Assembly: GCA_016938475.1 (NCBI GenBank)
Contig: JAFGUP010000029.1
Coordinates: 379-64,378, forward strand
From: Sphaerochaetaceae bacterium
GTDB lineage: Bacteria > Spirochaetota > Spirochaetia > Sphaerochaetales > Sphaerochaetaceae
Reading direction: 5' to 3'
Length of the DNA stretch: 64,000 nucleotides
Shown here: positions 38,291 through 48,777 of the stretch, piece by piece
Layout: every line of letters begins with the position of its first letter
Position numbering within the stretch: the first letter of the stretch is position 1
The notes under the pieces: generated by a model
Databases searched by the model: none
What the model was told of the DNA's origin: nothing
Seen by the model: the letters and a program-made list of their open reading frames with translations, nothing else
Translations under genes and position numbers: made by a program

Positions 38291-39280
38291 ATGGAAAACT
38301 CGGGTTCATCCCGACCGCAGTTTCGCCTGAGTCCTAAACTGATAGTAGCTGCCATAGCAATCGTATTACTTATCACAACAGTTATGAGCAGTTTCTTTGT
38401 AGTGGATCAGAGCGAACAGTCAGTTGTACTCAGATTTGGACAGTTCAATAGAACAGTAGGTCCAGGTCTGCAGACTAAACTGCCGTTCGGTATTGATAGG
38501 AACTTCAATGTTCCAACACGAATTGTTCAGACCATGACGTTCGGTCAAGGTTCCCAGAACTCTTCTCTCTCCAGCAGTTTCATGAGCACTCCATCCGGCT
38601 CCACAGCCGGGGATTCGATCATGCTGACCGGCGATCTTAATATTGTTGATGTCCAGTGGATCATTCAGTACAGGATTGAAGACCCTGCAGCCTGGCTGTT
38701 CAATGTTCGCGAACGGGATAAGACAATACGGGACATCTCTCAGAGCGTTATAAACCAGCTTGTAGGCGACCTGCCTATTCTTGCGATCATGAGTAGTGAA
38801 AGAACTTCCATTGAAGTTGAATCGCAGGAACGAATGCAGAAAGCCTTCGACTCGTACGGTCTGGGTGTCAGGATAGTGACGGTGAAACTTCAGAACATCG
38901 TTCCTCCAGAAGGTGAGGTGCAGGATGCATTTGAAGATGTCAACAAAGCTATTCAGGATATGAATCGACTGATCAATGAAGGAAAGCAATCCTATAACAA
39001 GGAGATTCCAAAAGCTCAGGGTGAAGCCAGCAAGATCATTCAGGTTGCCGAAGGGTATGCAGCTGAGCGCGTGAACAACGCAACCGGAGATGTTGCCCGA
39101 TTCAACCAGGTTCGTCAGGCATACGAAGAAAGCAAAGAGATCACCAGCAGGAGACTGTATATCGAGACACTGGAAGACATACTCACTGCTACCGAGGAGG
39201 GTTCTATCACACTGATCGACAAATCACTTGAAAACTTCCTGCCCATCTCACAGGTACAGAGTCAGGGAGGTGTCAAATGA
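38291..39280 (+). CDS. hflK: FtsH protease modulator HflK
   Basis: N-terminal TM segment plus SPFH/band-7 domain (VVDQSEQSVVLRFGQF). Paired with hflC. Confidence 0.88.
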   Translation: MENSGSSRPQFRLSPKLIVAAIAIVLLITTVMSSFFVVDQSEQSVVLRFGQFNRTVGPGLQTKLPFGIDRNFNVPTRIVQTMTFGQGSQNSSLSSSFMSTPSGSTAGDSIMLTGDLNIVDVQWIIQYRIEDPAAWLFNVRERDKTIRDISQSVINQLVGDLPILAIMSSERTSIEVESQERMQKAFDSYGLGVRIVTVKLQNIVPPEGEVQDAFEDVNKAIQDMNRLINEGKQSYNKEIPKAQGEASKIIQVAEGYAAERVNNATGDVARFNQVRQAYEESKEITSRRLYIETLEDILTATEEGSITLIDKSLENFLPISQVQSQGGVK

Positions 39281-40263
39281 AGAAACTTATAACTACCGGA
39301 GTCATCGCTCTTGTACTTATCGTGATATTCCTTCTTCTCGGCCCCTTCTTCATTCTTGAAGAGGGAGAACTGGCGGTAATCACCCGCTTCGGTCGGATCG
39401 TCAACACACATGAGGAAGCAGGTCTCAAGATCCGCGTTCCTGTTGTAGACACTGTCATTATCTATCCTAAGAAGATCATGAGCTGGGATGGAGATGCTCA
39501 GAGGATTCCTACCAAGGAGAATCAGTTCATCTGGGTAGATACCACCGCACGATGGAAGATCATCGATCCCGGTCTCTTCTATCAGTCTGTGACCACAGTT
39601 CCCAATGCACTGCTCCGACTGAATGATGTGATTGATTCCACCATCAGAACCGTCATCAGTGAGAACTACCTCAACGAGGCTGTTAGAAACACCAACAAGA
39701 TTAATATTCTGAAGATCGAGGATCAGGCACAAAACGTAGAGAGTCTTGAAGATGCCGAGCAGCTGAGAAACCTCACCCGAACTGAGATACAGCAGGAAGT
39801 GATCTATATCGGCAGAGAGGAGCTTTCCAAGAGAATGCTCGAGATGGCCAGCCAGTTCACCAGCGAATTCGGTATCGAGGTTATTGATATCGTGATCAGA
39901 CAGATCAGATACAGTGACGATCTGACTCAGAGCGTATACCAGAGGATGATCAAAGAACGAAATCAGATTGCTGAAGCCTATAGATCGTACGGTGAAGGCC
40001 AGATGGCGAAATGGATCGGTAAGACAGAGAATGACAAGAAAGTGATCATCTCACAGGCCTATGCCCAAAGCGAAGACATCAAAGGTAAGGCGGATGGTGA
40101 GTCAACGAGAATCTATGCACAAAGCTATGAGGCCGACCCCGAGTTCTTCGAACTCTGGAGAACCCTGGAATCCTACCGGAAAACGATTCCCGGACTCGAT
40201 AAGATCCTTTCCACTGACATGCTCTATTTCGATACCTTGTACGGACCAAAAGTACTCGATTGA
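39277..40263 (+). CDS. hflC: FtsH protease modulator HflC
   Basis: TM segment plus SPFH domain (ILEEGELAVITRFGRI). 4-nt overlap with hflK. Confidence 0.88.
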   Translation: MKKLITTGVIALVLIVIFLLLGPFFILEEGELAVITRFGRIVNTHEEAGLKIRVPVVDTVIIYPKKIMSWDGDAQRIPTKENQFIWVDTTARWKIIDPGLFYQSVTTVPNALLRLNDVIDSTIRTVISENYLNEAVRNTNKINILKIEDQAQNVESLEDAEQLRNLTRTEIQQEVIYIGREELSKRMLEMASQFTSEFGIEVIDIVIRQIRYSDDLTQSVYQRMIKERNQIAEAYRSYGEGQMAKWIGKTENDKKVIISQAYAQSEDIKGKADGESTRIYAQSYEADPEFFELWRTLESYRKTIPGLDKILSTDMLYFDTLYGPKVLD

Positions 40264-40289
40264 CAACTAAAGAACTTCTCGCATACAGT

Positions 40290-40326
40290 CAGACTCTTCA
40301 GATTACCATCTGAAGAGTCTGTTTTG
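40290..40326 (+). terminator. Rho-independent terminator of hflKC
   Basis: Perfect 13-bp stem CAGACTCTTCAGA/TCTGAAGAGTCTG, 6-nt loop, then TTTTG. Confidence 0.85.
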
Positions 40327-40373
40327 TAGGTAACGAACGGCCTGCAGGCAGGGACTATATACGATATGCGTTT

Positions 40374-40396
40374 GAAAAAGCTCCCCTGAGGGAGCT
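40374..40396 (-). terminator. Rho-independent terminator of fur
   Basis: Minus strand: AGCTCCC-TCAG-GGGAGCT followed by TTTTC, about 60 nt after the fur stop. Confidence 0.6.
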
Positions 40397-40457
40397 GTGT
40401 TGTATGGTGATCTTAATCTGTCAGGGACAATACGAGTCCCCTTTTTCTGACCTATCC

Positions 40458-40874
40458 TTATTCTGCGCAGGCGGGACAGGTTCCTTTCACATACAGGGAC
40501 ACAGAACCGATAGTGAACCCATCGGGAACAGAAACTGTCGGTTGACTCTCCATTGATTCCAGATCAAACACACGATGACATTTTTCACAGAGAAAGTGAA
40601 CATGTTCCTGTGTGTTAGCGTCAAACCGCAGTTCCTTCGGGTCGATCGTGATGGGGGTGATGACGTTCTTCTCGGTAAGAAGGTGCAGCACATTATATAC
40701 AGTAGTACGAGAAATCGAGGCCATATTCTTTCTCAGATCAGTGTATATCTGATCTGCAGTCGGATGGACCGGATGTTTTGCAAGGTACTCATAGACCGCA
40801 ACACGATGGTTTAGGGGTCTGATGCCATGGGACCTGAGGACTTCAATATAAGACCTGTGTTGATATGTATTCAT
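40458..40874 (-). CDS. fur: Fur-family transcriptional regulator (Fur/PerR/Zur type)
   Basis: Winged-helix N-terminus (TADQIY...SRTTVYNVLHLL), HVHFLCEKC...GTCPAC metal sites. AGGAGA RBS before the ATG at 40874. Confidence 0.85.
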   Translation of the reverse strand: MNTYQHRSYIEVLRSHGIRPLNHRVAVYEYLAKHPVHPTADQIYTDLRKNMASISRTTVYNVLHLLTEKNVITPITIDPKELRFDANTQEHVHFLCEKCHRVFDLESMESQPTVSVPDGFTIGSVSLYVKGTCPACAE

Positions 40875-41090
40875 ACGCTTCTCCTGGGGGGGGTCACTCA
40901 TGCAACCTGTCTTCATTCTCTTATATAACAACACAGCTTTCTTCATCCACATATCAAGAACAAACTACTGAGAGCTTGTGCAGTTCCGTGTCGCAGTATA
41001 CACGAAAATTTACTACTAATAAATATCTATAATGAAAGAGAGTAAAACTTTTTTTTCAAGAAAGTATAAAATTACTCTCTCTTAAGAAAG

Positions 41091-41101
41091 TCAACAGGTA
41101 C
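41091..41101 (+). repeat. Copy 1 of the 11-bp direct repeat TCAACAGGTAC
   Basis: Exact match to 41202-41212, within the fur/lipoprotein intergenic region. Confidence 0.5.
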
Positions 41102-41201
41102 AGATATTACCACACTATAGCAAAGAGTCAATTCTCCTGTGGAAAAACTGTTCGCTTGCTGACAGAAAACTGCTCATTTCACCTATTCATCTTTATCAAA
41201 C

Positions 41202-41212
41202 TCAACAGGTAC
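41202..41212 (+). repeat. Copy 2 of the 11-bp direct repeat TCAACAGGTAC
   Basis: Exact match to 41091-41101. Ends 15 nt before the lipoprotein ATG. Confidence 0.5.
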
Positions 41213-41226
41213 GGTATAGTATCGAC

Positions 41227-41658
41227 ATGAAGAGAATGTTCCTGCTGCCCACTGTTTTCACCATCTTTCTCGTTCTCTTTGGTTGTTCTTTACCCTCTGA
41301 GGAACTATCTCCTTCTCAGGTGGTACCCTACTCCATACACGACGGGGTAGTTTCCTACCCTGATAACCTGTATTTCCCTTCCCGGGTAACTCTCACCATC
41401 AGTATGTACGGAGAAACGGCAAATAATGGCACAGATATCCTGATCGTCTCTCAGCAGATCACAAATCCTCAGCGTTTTCCCGTCAACTACACTCTGCGCT
41501 ATTTGCAGGATGAGACTGAGTCCTTCTCCTCCTTGCGCATTGAATACTCTCTGACCCGGGAAGGTGATCAGACACCGTATATGAGATCTTTGTTGACTGA
41601 CATCAATCCTGCAGACCTAACTGTCACTCGCAGAACGACACTGACACGTATCCGTTAA
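41227..41658 (+). CDS. Putative lipoprotein (YbaY/YscW-like by eye)
   Basis: Signal peptide with lipobox VLFGC-S. A small beta-rich domain follows. Confidence 0.5.
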   Translation: MKRMFLLPTVFTIFLVLFGCSLPSEELSPSQVVPYSIHDGVVSYPDNLYFPSRVTLTISMYGETANNGTDILIVSQQITNPQRFPVNYTLRYLQDETESFSSLRIEYSLTREGDQTPYMRSLLTDINPADLTVTRRTTLTRIR

Positions 41659-41779
41659 ACTTTTTGTATATTTATACACATAATGGTTGATTTTTCTTTA
41701 TTAATATGCAATATATAGGGAGAACATACAGATTTAACAGAATCAATATACATTATACCGATAAGGCGGAACAGATATC

Positions 41780-43015
41780 ATGGAAAAGAAGAAAGTAGTA
41801 TTGGCATACAGTGGTGGACTCGACACCTCAGTGATCCTCAAATGGCTTGCGAACAAGGGTTTTGAAGTCATCGCCTATGTTGCCGATGTTGGACAGCAGG
41901 AGGATTTCGAGGCCATCAGAGATAAAGCTCTGGCAACAGGTGCCTCCAAGGTCTATGTAGAGGATCTGAAAGAGGAACTTGTCACAGGCTACATCTACCA
42001 CGCACTTAAGGCAAATGCGGTGTACGAAGGAAAGTACCTTCTTGGAACGTCGATCGCCCGCCCGATCATCGCCAAACGTCATATCGAAATCGCAAAGAAA
42101 GAAGGTACCGTCTACGTTGCACACGGTGCAACCGGCAAAGGTAACGATCAGGTGCGGTTCGAACTCGCCTTTTATGCCCTTATGCCGGAAGTGAAGATCA
42201 TCGCTCCGTGGAAGGACCCTGAATGGCTCAGCGAATTCGAGGGTAGAAGTCAGATGATAGCCTATGCCGAAAAGTATACTATACCGGTTAAGGCCTCCAC
42301 GAAAAAACCATACAGCGAAGACGAGAACCTCCTTCATATCTCACACGAAGCAGGTATACTTGAGGATCCTGCACTCGCCTGCCCTTCCGATGTGTTCAGC
42401 CACACGGTCAATCCATGGGATGCTCCGGATGAGACGACAATACTGGCTATCGAGTTTGAAGATGGTATTCCGACCAGGGTCACCAACGAGAATGACGGTA
42501 CCGTTGTGGATACTCCGCTTGAACTGTTCACATACATGAATAAGATCGGTCACGATAATGCAGTCGGAAGAGTGGATATGGTGGAGAACAGATACGTCGG
42601 TATCAAGAGCAGAGGTGTGTATGAGACTCCCGGAGGAACGATTCTCTGGTTTGCTCACCGTGACCTCGAAGGGATATGTATGGATAAGGAAGTCATGCAC
42701 CTCAGAGACTCTCTGATTCCCAAGTTCGCCGAACTTATATACAATGGGTACTGGTTCAGTCCCGAATTCGACTTTCTCTCTGCTGCAATCAATAAGAGTC
42801 AGGAACTGATCACCGGAGTTGCGAAGGTCGCAATTTACAAAGGCAATATGATCAGCGCAGGAGTTTCGAGCCCCTACTCCCTGTACAATGAAAAACTTGG
42901 TTCGATGGAAGTCAGCGGAGGATATCAGCCTGTCGACTGTAAGGGATTCATCAATATCAATGGAATCAGACTGCAGGCTCACCATTACTGGTTGAAAGCG
43001 AAAGAGATGGAATAG
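41780..43015 (+). CDS. argG: Argininosuccinate synthase
   Basis: AYSGGLDTS and [15 protein letters not shown] motifs. Confidence 0.96.
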   Translation: MEKKKVVLAYSGGLDTSVILKWLANKGFEVIAYVADVGQQEDFEAIRDKALATGASKVYVEDLKEELVTGYIYHALKANAVYEGKYLLGTSIARPIIAKRHIEIAKKEGTVYVAHGATGKGNDQVRFELAFYALMPEVKIIAPWKDPEWLSEFEGRSQMIAYAEKYTIPVKASTKKPYSEDENLLHISHEAGILEDPALACPSDVFSHTVNPWDAPDETTILAIEFEDGIPTRVTNENDGTVVDTPLELFTYMNKIGHDNAVGRVDMVENRYVGIKSRGVYETPGGTILWFAHRDLEGICMDKEVMHLRDSLIPKFAELIYNGYWFSPEFDFLSAAINKSQELITGVAKVAIYKGNMISAGVSSPYSLYNEKLGSMEVSGGYQPVDCKGFININGIRLQAHHYWLKAKEME

Positions 43016-43169
43016 AGACCGCCGTACGGTATGTTGAAGAGCTTCTCAGATCGCTATGACTGGGAGGCTCTTTTATTATCACCGGATAACCGGCTCAGGC
43101 AGAAACACTGCTGCATCTTGCATGAAAGGATACTTATCGGATACAAAAGATACAGGAGGATGTCACAGT

Positions 43170-44054
43170 ATGTCAAAGACTATTGGATGGATCGGTACAG
43201 GAGTAATGGGTAGCTCTATGTGTTCCCATGTCATGTCTCTTGCCGACAGGACCGTGGTGTACAACCGCACGAAAGCCAAGACGAAAGCTCTGCAGGAAAT
43301 GGGTGCTGTAGTACTTGATTCCCCGAAGGAGATCGCTGAACAGGCCGACATCGTCTTTACAATCGTAGGACACCCCAGTGACGTAAGGGAAGTATATTTC
43401 GCAGCTGACGGGATCTTTGCAGCAAGAAGGTCAGGACAGATCGTTGTCGATATGACCACCACCGAGCCTTCTCTTGCCATAGAGATCTATCATGAAGGAA
43501 AGAAGCTTGGAATTTCAAGTATTGATGCACCCGTCTCCGGAGGAGATGTAGGTGCAAGAAACGGAACACTCTCTATTATGGCTGGAGGTGAGAGCGATAC
43601 CTTCGCAGCTGTCGAACCCTATTTCAAACGTATGGGCCATGCTATACTGCAGGGAAAAGCCGGTAGTGGACAGCATACAAAGATGTGCAATCAGATCGTT
43701 ATTGCCGGAACCATGGCAGGTGTCTGTGAGTCGCTGCTGTACGGAAGAAAGGCGGGACTGGATATAGACACCCTGATCTCCACAATCAGTAAGGGCGCTG
43801 CAGGATGCTGGACTCTGGACAACCTTGCACCGCGTATATCTAAGGGAAACTATGATCCGGGCTTCATGATCAGTCATTTTGTGAAAGATATGGGTATTGC
43901 TCTTGAAGAAGCTAGGTCAATGGGACTTACTTTGCCGGCCCTTTCCCTGGTACAGGACCTGTATCAGGGTATGATGGATTGTGATGAGGGAGCGCTCGGA
44001 ACACAGGCGCTCATCAAAGCTTTAGATAGAATCAGCGGTACACACCTGTTCTGA
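43170..44054 (+). CDS. NAD(P)-dependent oxidoreductase, 3-hydroxyisobutyrate/6-phosphogluconate dehydrogenase-like
   Basis: Rossmann motif IGWIGTGVMGSSM and DAPVSGG. AGGAGG RBS before the ATG at 43170. Confidence 0.75.
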   Translation: MSKTIGWIGTGVMGSSMCSHVMSLADRTVVYNRTKAKTKALQEMGAVVLDSPKEIAEQADIVFTIVGHPSDVREVYFAADGIFAARRSGQIVVDMTTTEPSLAIEIYHEGKKLGISSIDAPVSGGDVGARNGTLSIMAGGESDTFAAVEPYFKRMGHAILQGKAGSGQHTKMCNQIVIAGTMAGVCESLLYGRKAGLDIDTLISTISKGAAGCWTLDNLAPRISKGNYDPGFMISHFVKDMGIALEEARSMGLTLPALSLVQDLYQGMMDCDEGALGTQALIKALDRISGTHLF

Positions 44055-44069
44055 TTCTGAGGAGGTACT

Positions 44070-45374
44070 ATGGGAATTGAACATAGGGACTTTGCGACTT
44101 TAATACTCCCTGACAGAAAGGATCCGGTCCAGATACCGGTCATCGAGGATACGATGGGAGGTCGTGCGATAGACATTCACGCTCTCAGAAAGGAAACGGG
44201 GTACATCACCTATGACCCCGGATTCGTAAACACAGGAAGCTGTGACTCCTCCATCTGTTATGTGAACGGAGAAGAAGGGATTCTTCGTTATCGAGGGTAC
44301 GATATCGAAGATCTTGTTGAGAACTGCGATTTCGTCGAAGTCGCCTACCTTCTTATAAAAGGAGAACTTCCGGATGCAAAGGAACGTAAACGATACGCTG
44401 ATCTGTTGAATAAGGAATCACTGCTGCACTACGATATGCAAAGCTTCTTCAGAGGCTATCCGTTTGATGCCCACCCGATGGCAGTTCTTGCTGCAATGAG
44501 TGCCTCGCTGAGTGCCTTCTATCCTGAGATGGATGACATCGACCCCGAACTGTCGGTTGACTTCGCAGTGACTCGACTCGTTTCCAAGATACGTACGATC
44601 ACCGCGTTCCAGTATCGCCATATGAAGGGAGAGGACTTCGTGAACCCCTCATACAAGCTGAGTTACTGTGAGAATTTCCTTAACATGATGTTCAAATCAC
44701 CGGTATTCGAGTACCAGATCAATCCGCTTCACGTGAAAGCACTCAATCAGCTCCTGATCCTTCATGCAGACCACGAACAGAACTGTTCAACCACTGCGGT
44801 CAGACTTATTGCAAGCAGTGGTGCGAACCTCTACGCATCGATCTCTGCCGGCCTTGCCGCCTTATGGGGATTCAAGCACGGAGGAGCAAACCAGGCTGTG
44901 ATCGAGATGCTTGAAGAAGCCTACGAGAATCAATGGTCTGTTGATGATATCATCGCAAAGGCAAAGGATAAGAACTCGACCTTCCGTCTGATGGGATTCG
45001 GACACCGGGTGTATAAGACTTTTGACCCCAGAGCAAAAATCGCCAAGAAACTGTGTAAGGAAGTGTTGAGTGAGGGAGGAGAGCACGATCCTCTGCTCGA
45101 TATTGCCCTTGAACTCGAAGAACGGGCAACTCAGGATCCCTATTTCATCGAGCGCGGACTGTATCCGAACGTTGACTTCTATACAGGTCTCACCTTCAGA
45201 CGGATGGGAATTCCCACAAATATGTTCACAGCTATGTTCGCCATCGGTCGATTACCGGGCTGGATAGCACACTGGCTCGAGTGGAAGAAGGATCCATTCG
45301 GCAAGATCGGACGTCCCCGGCAGGTCTATGTGGGACCGACCCAGCGGAAGGTTCCCCCTCTTAACGAACGGTAA
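44070..45374 (+). CDS. gltA: Citrate synthase
   Basis: LILHADHEQNCST and GFGHRVYK motifs. Confidence 0.93.
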   Translation: MGIEHRDFATLILPDRKDPVQIPVIEDTMGGRAIDIHALRKETGYITYDPGFVNTGSCDSSICYVNGEEGILRYRGYDIEDLVENCDFVEVAYLLIKGELPDAKERKRYADLLNKESLLHYDMQSFFRGYPFDAHPMAVLAAMSASLSAFYPEMDDIDPELSVDFAVTRLVSKIRTITAFQYRHMKGEDFVNPSYKLSYCENFLNMMFKSPVFEYQINPLHVKALNQLLILHADHEQNCSTTAVRLIASSGANLYASISAGLAALWGFKHGGANQAVIEMLEEAYENQWSVDDIIAKAKDKNSTFRLMGFGHRVYKTFDPRAKIAKKLCKEVLSEGGEHDPLLDIALELEERATQDPYFIERGLYPNVDFYTGLTFRRMGIPTNMFTAMFAIGRLPGWIAHWLEWKKDPFGKIGRPRQVYVGPTQRKVPPLNER

Positions 45375-45396
45375 TCTGTCACGGCACTGGACACAC

Positions 45397-45443
45397 TGAA
45401 CGGGCTGCGATCCTATCAGTACTGATGGAAGACAGCCCGTTCA
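45397..45443. terminator. Hairpin in the convergent gap between gltA and acn (possible bidirectional terminator)
   Basis: 11-bp arms TGAACGGGCTG/CAGCCCGTTCA with a 25-nt loop. Confidence 0.5.
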
Positions 45444-45463
45444 TGTTCAGGATTACGTCACAC

Positions 45464-47410
45464 CTACCCTTTCATGTACTCGAGGAGTCCGCCTGATTTC
45501 AAGTAGGCTATCTGAGTGGGAGTAAGCCTGGCAACTGCACTGAAGGTCGTTCCTTTACTCACGTTTCTCACGGTAAAGACGATTCCTTCACTTCTGTACC
45601 GCTCAAGGTGTTCCGCAACACTCTCGATGACGAGCTCATCTCCCTGATCGATACTGTCATAGTCACCCTCATCCTGGAACTCGAGAGGGAGGATACCGAA
45701 GTTACACAGATTTGTGTGATGAATTCTCTCAAATCCCTTCGAGATGATCGCCTCGATGCCAAGGTACATCGGACAGATTGCCGCGTGTTCACGTGATGAG
45801 CCCTGACCGTAACTTGCCCCTGCAATGATGATATTAGCCTTACCTTCCTTCTGGTTCGCCTGACAACGATCGTGGAACGTCGGATCAACCGGTTCAAAAG
45901 TATACTTCGCATACTCGGGAATATTCGAACGGAACTTGAGACGCTGCCCGGCCGGCATGATATGGTCAGTGGTGATCTTGTCGGTCACCTTGAGAGTCAC
46001 CTCTCCGCTGATAGTATCCTTGATCGGGGAACCTGTAGGAGGTTCACCGATATTCGGTCCTCGCTGTACCTGGATTCCGCTTCCGTCCTCGGGAGGAAAG
46101 ATGAACATCTCATCATCGACGATGAATTCGCTCAGACCGCCTTTCGGTGGATACGGAATTCCATGGTCACCCAGAGGATCGACGAATGAACCGGCTATGG
46201 CACTCAGGGCAGCTGTCTCAGGAGAGACCAGGTAGACCTGGGCACTTTTCGTACCGCTTCTTCCCTCGAAATTCCTGTTATTGGTTCTCAGTGAAACTGC
46301 ATTGCTTCCCGGAGACTGATGGTTTCCGATGCAGAATCCGCAAGCTGATTCAAGGATTCTCGCGCCGCTGGCGATGAAGGTGGCAAGGGATCCGTCCTGA
46401 GAGAGCATCATAAGTACTTCCCGTGAGCCAGGTGCAATACCGAGGGAGACATCGGGATGGACGGTATGCCCCTTCAATATATCGGCAACCCGACGCATAT
46501 CCTGATAGGAACTGTTGGTACAGGACCCGATGAGTACCTGATCTACCTTCATTCCTTCAACATCATGAACAGGCACAACATTCCCCGGGGAATGAGGAGC
46601 TGCTGTCTTGGGGGTGATGCGTGCCAGATCTATCTCGAACACCTCATCGTAGGTATCCTCTCCGTCACTGGAGAGTTCTCTGTACAGATCTCCTCTGCCA
46701 TGTTTGATGAGGAACTCTTCTGTCAGGAAGTCGCTGGGGAACAGGGAAGTGGTGACTCCGGCTTCTGCTCCCATATTACAGATCGTTGCACGTTCTGGAA
46801 CACTCAGGTTCTTCACACCCTCTCCAAAATATTCAAAGACAGTGTTCACATTGCCTTTCACCCCATAGTGTTCAAGTACGGTGAGAATCACATCCTTTGC
46901 ACTCACGAAGTTCCTGAGCGTTCCCGTCAGTTTAATCCCTACAACCTTCGGAGAGATGATCTGAAAAGGTTGTCCTGCCATTGCAACTGCGATATCAAGA
47001 CCTCCGGCGCCGATCGCGATCATGGAAAGTCCTCCGCCGGTGGGTGTGTGCGAATCACTGCCGAGTAACGTCTTTCCCGGAGCACCGAATCGTTCGAGGT
47101 GAACCTGGTGGCAGATACCGTTACCCGGTCTGCTGAAGACGATATGATACCGTTCTGCGACACTTTTAAGATATGCGTGGTCATCTGCATTTTCAAAACC
47201 GACCTGTACTGTGTTGTGGTCGACATAGCTCACAGCAAGCTCATTCTGAACCCTGGGTAAACCGAGAGCTTCGAACTGCAGATATGCCATCGTACCGGTT
47301 GCATCCTGCGTCAGAGTCTGATCGATTCGTATAGATACCGGGTTTCCTTTCTCAAGAGATCCCTTTTCAAGATGCTCGCTGAGAATTTTATAGGTTACAT
47401 TCTGCCCCAT
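45464..47410 (-). CDS. acn: Aconitate hydratase (short, about 650-aa type)
   Basis: GSDSHTPTGG, IGSCTNSS and CGFCIG Fe-S ligand motifs, with a swivel domain at the C-terminus. Confidence 0.9.
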   Translation of the reverse strand: MGQNVTYKILSEHLEKGSLEKGNPVSIRIDQTLTQDATGTMAYLQFEALGLPRVQNELAVSYVDHNTVQVGFENADDHAYLKSVAERYHIVFSRPGNGICHQVHLERFGAPGKTLLGSDSHTPTGGGLSMIAIGAGGLDIAVAMAGQPFQIISPKVVGIKLTGTLRNFVSAKDVILTVLEHYGVKGNVNTVFEYFGEGVKNLSVPERATICNMGAEAGVTTSLFPSDFLTEEFLIKHGRGDLYRELSSDGEDTYDEVFEIDLARITPKTAAPHSPGNVVPVHDVEGMKVDQVLIGSCTNSSYQDMRRVADILKGHTVHPDVSLGIAPGSREVLMMLSQDGSLATFIASGARILESACGFCIGNHQSPGSNAVSLRTNNRNFEGRSGTKSAQVYLVSPETAALSAIAGSFVDPLGDHGIPYPPKGGLSEFIVDDEMFIFPPEDGSGIQVQRGPNIGEPPTGSPIKDTISGEVTLKVTDKITTDHIMPAGQRLKFRSNIPEYAKYTFEPVDPTFHDRCQANQKEGKANIIIAGASYGQGSSREHAAICPMYLGIEAIISKGFERIHHTNLCNFGILPLEFQDEGDYDSIDQGDELVIESVAEHLERYRSEGIVFTVRNVSKGTTFSAVARLTPTQIAYLKSGGLLEYMKG

Positions 47411-47471
47411 TGATTCCTCCTGGATTCTGCGATATCTCTATTGTGATGAAAAATCGAGAAATGGTGAAGAC

Positions 47472-48644
47472 CTAGGCCCCTCTTTTCTGCGTTTCAGGTA
47501 TAAGCAGGAGCACAAGCGGAAGAAGAAGCAGAATACTGCACATCAGCAGAACCGAAGAGAAGGAATAATACTGATACAATGAAGCTCCGAAGGTATTACC
47601 GATCACAGCCCCTACAGTGAGAAGCGATTCATGGATCAGCATACGACGAGTTCTGTTAATGCTTCCTGAAAAACCATGAAATATGCTGAATGAGTACATC
47701 GCTGAAAACAGAATACCGAACAGCATGAAGAACGCGAGATAGCCCGAAAAGGAAACGATATACCTTGCGAAGAAAGTGAGAAGAGATGCTGAAAGAAGAA
47801 CGGCAGCTATCAGTGATTTCCTGAAATGCCAGAATCTCGTCTTCCCCATGAACACGAACACAACAACGGAGAACAGTCCTCTGATGAACAGGAGAAGGCC
47901 TACACTGCTGGTCCTATAGGGAAGAGCTTCAAATGCAAACAGGGGGAAAATCGTCAGGATGACGGCCAGCACCACGTAGAACGAAAGATTACCGACCCAG
48001 GAAACGAATCTCAGCGGTGTAGAATTATCCCTTCCCGCATGCATTCTTCTGGTAGTGTGTTCACTCAATGCACCTCTCATAGAAGGAGTTGTTGCGGTGA
48101 AAACTGCGGTAACGGCAGCAACAAAGAGGAACAGTGCGATGAATATCTGAAGTGCCAGCACAGGATTCACTTCCACGATGAACCCTGTCACCAGGGGAGA
48201 GATAGCTACTCCCAGAGACCAGGAAACATTAAAAGCTCCGGTAGCTCGGCTCAGCAGGTGTCCCTCTTTTCCTCGAGCCATCCATCCTGCCAGCTGTGGC
48301 CAGTGGAAGGCCATAAAGAACCCGTAGAGCAGCAGGGCGGGGAACACCATCCAAACCTCTTCAAGAAAAAGGAGAGCAAAGATACTCGATGCCATACCCA
48401 GCATACTGATGATGATCGATGTCGAGGGACGCAGCTTAGAAGCGATGGGGTCCACCATGGCGCAGAATATAAAGTAACTGAATGTGTAGGTTGCCGCAGA
48501 GAATCCGATCAGCTGAGAGGAGAGGGCAAAATGGATCTTCAGGACATAGACAAGGGCAAGATTCACACTTGTGATAGCCATCTGAGATGTGAAAGAAATG
48601 ATGGAAAGATTCAGTATCTCTGGTGAATTGCCGATAATCTTCAT
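47472..48644 (-). CDS. MFS transporter
   Basis: About 12 predicted TM segments. The ATG at 48644 is preferred. No terminator lies before acn, so the two are probably co-transcribed. Confidence 0.7.
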   Translation of the reverse strand: MKIIGNSPEILNLSIISFTSQMAITSVNLALVYVLKIHFALSSQLIGFSAATYTFSYFIFCAMVDPIASKLRPSTSIIISMLGMASSIFALLFLEEVWMVFPALLLYGFFMAFHWPQLAGWMARGKEGHLLSRATGAFNVSWSLGVAISPLVTGFIVEVNPVLALQIFIALFLFVAAVTAVFTATTPSMRGALSEHTTRRMHAGRDNSTPLRFVSWVGNLSFYVVLAVILTIFPLFAFEALPYRTSSVGLLLFIRGLFSVVVFVFMGKTRFWHFRKSLIAAVLLSASLLTFFARYIVSFSGYLAFFMLFGILFSAMYSFSIFHGFSGSINRTRRMLIHESLLTVGAVIGNTFGASLYQYYSFSSVLLMCSILLLLPLVLLLIPETQKRGA

Positions 48645-48777
48645 GGTCTGAAATCTAAAGAGTTCGACGCTGCCTATCAAGTGGTTACTACACTATTTCC
48701 CAAGTACCGGCCAATTTTATTGCATTCCTCATACTGCATAGTTGAATTTATCTATCATTCTATGAATAATACTATTC

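Noticed and set aside
40421-40446. Extra plus-strand terminator-like hairpin (GGGAC-N7-GTCCC-CTTTTT) that might mark a small RNA between hflC and fur
   Set aside because: No promoter is recognisable between the strong hflC terminator (40290-40326) and this hairpin. It is more simply a backup terminator in a convergent gap.
47826-48626. 266-aa ORF antisense to the MFS transporter. Similar long antisense ORFs occur at 5406-6005, 11828-12451, 15201-15785, 38420-38989 and 42341-42985.
   Set aside because: Each lies inside a strongly supported gene on the other strand and shows no protein-like motifs. All are treated as frame shadows.
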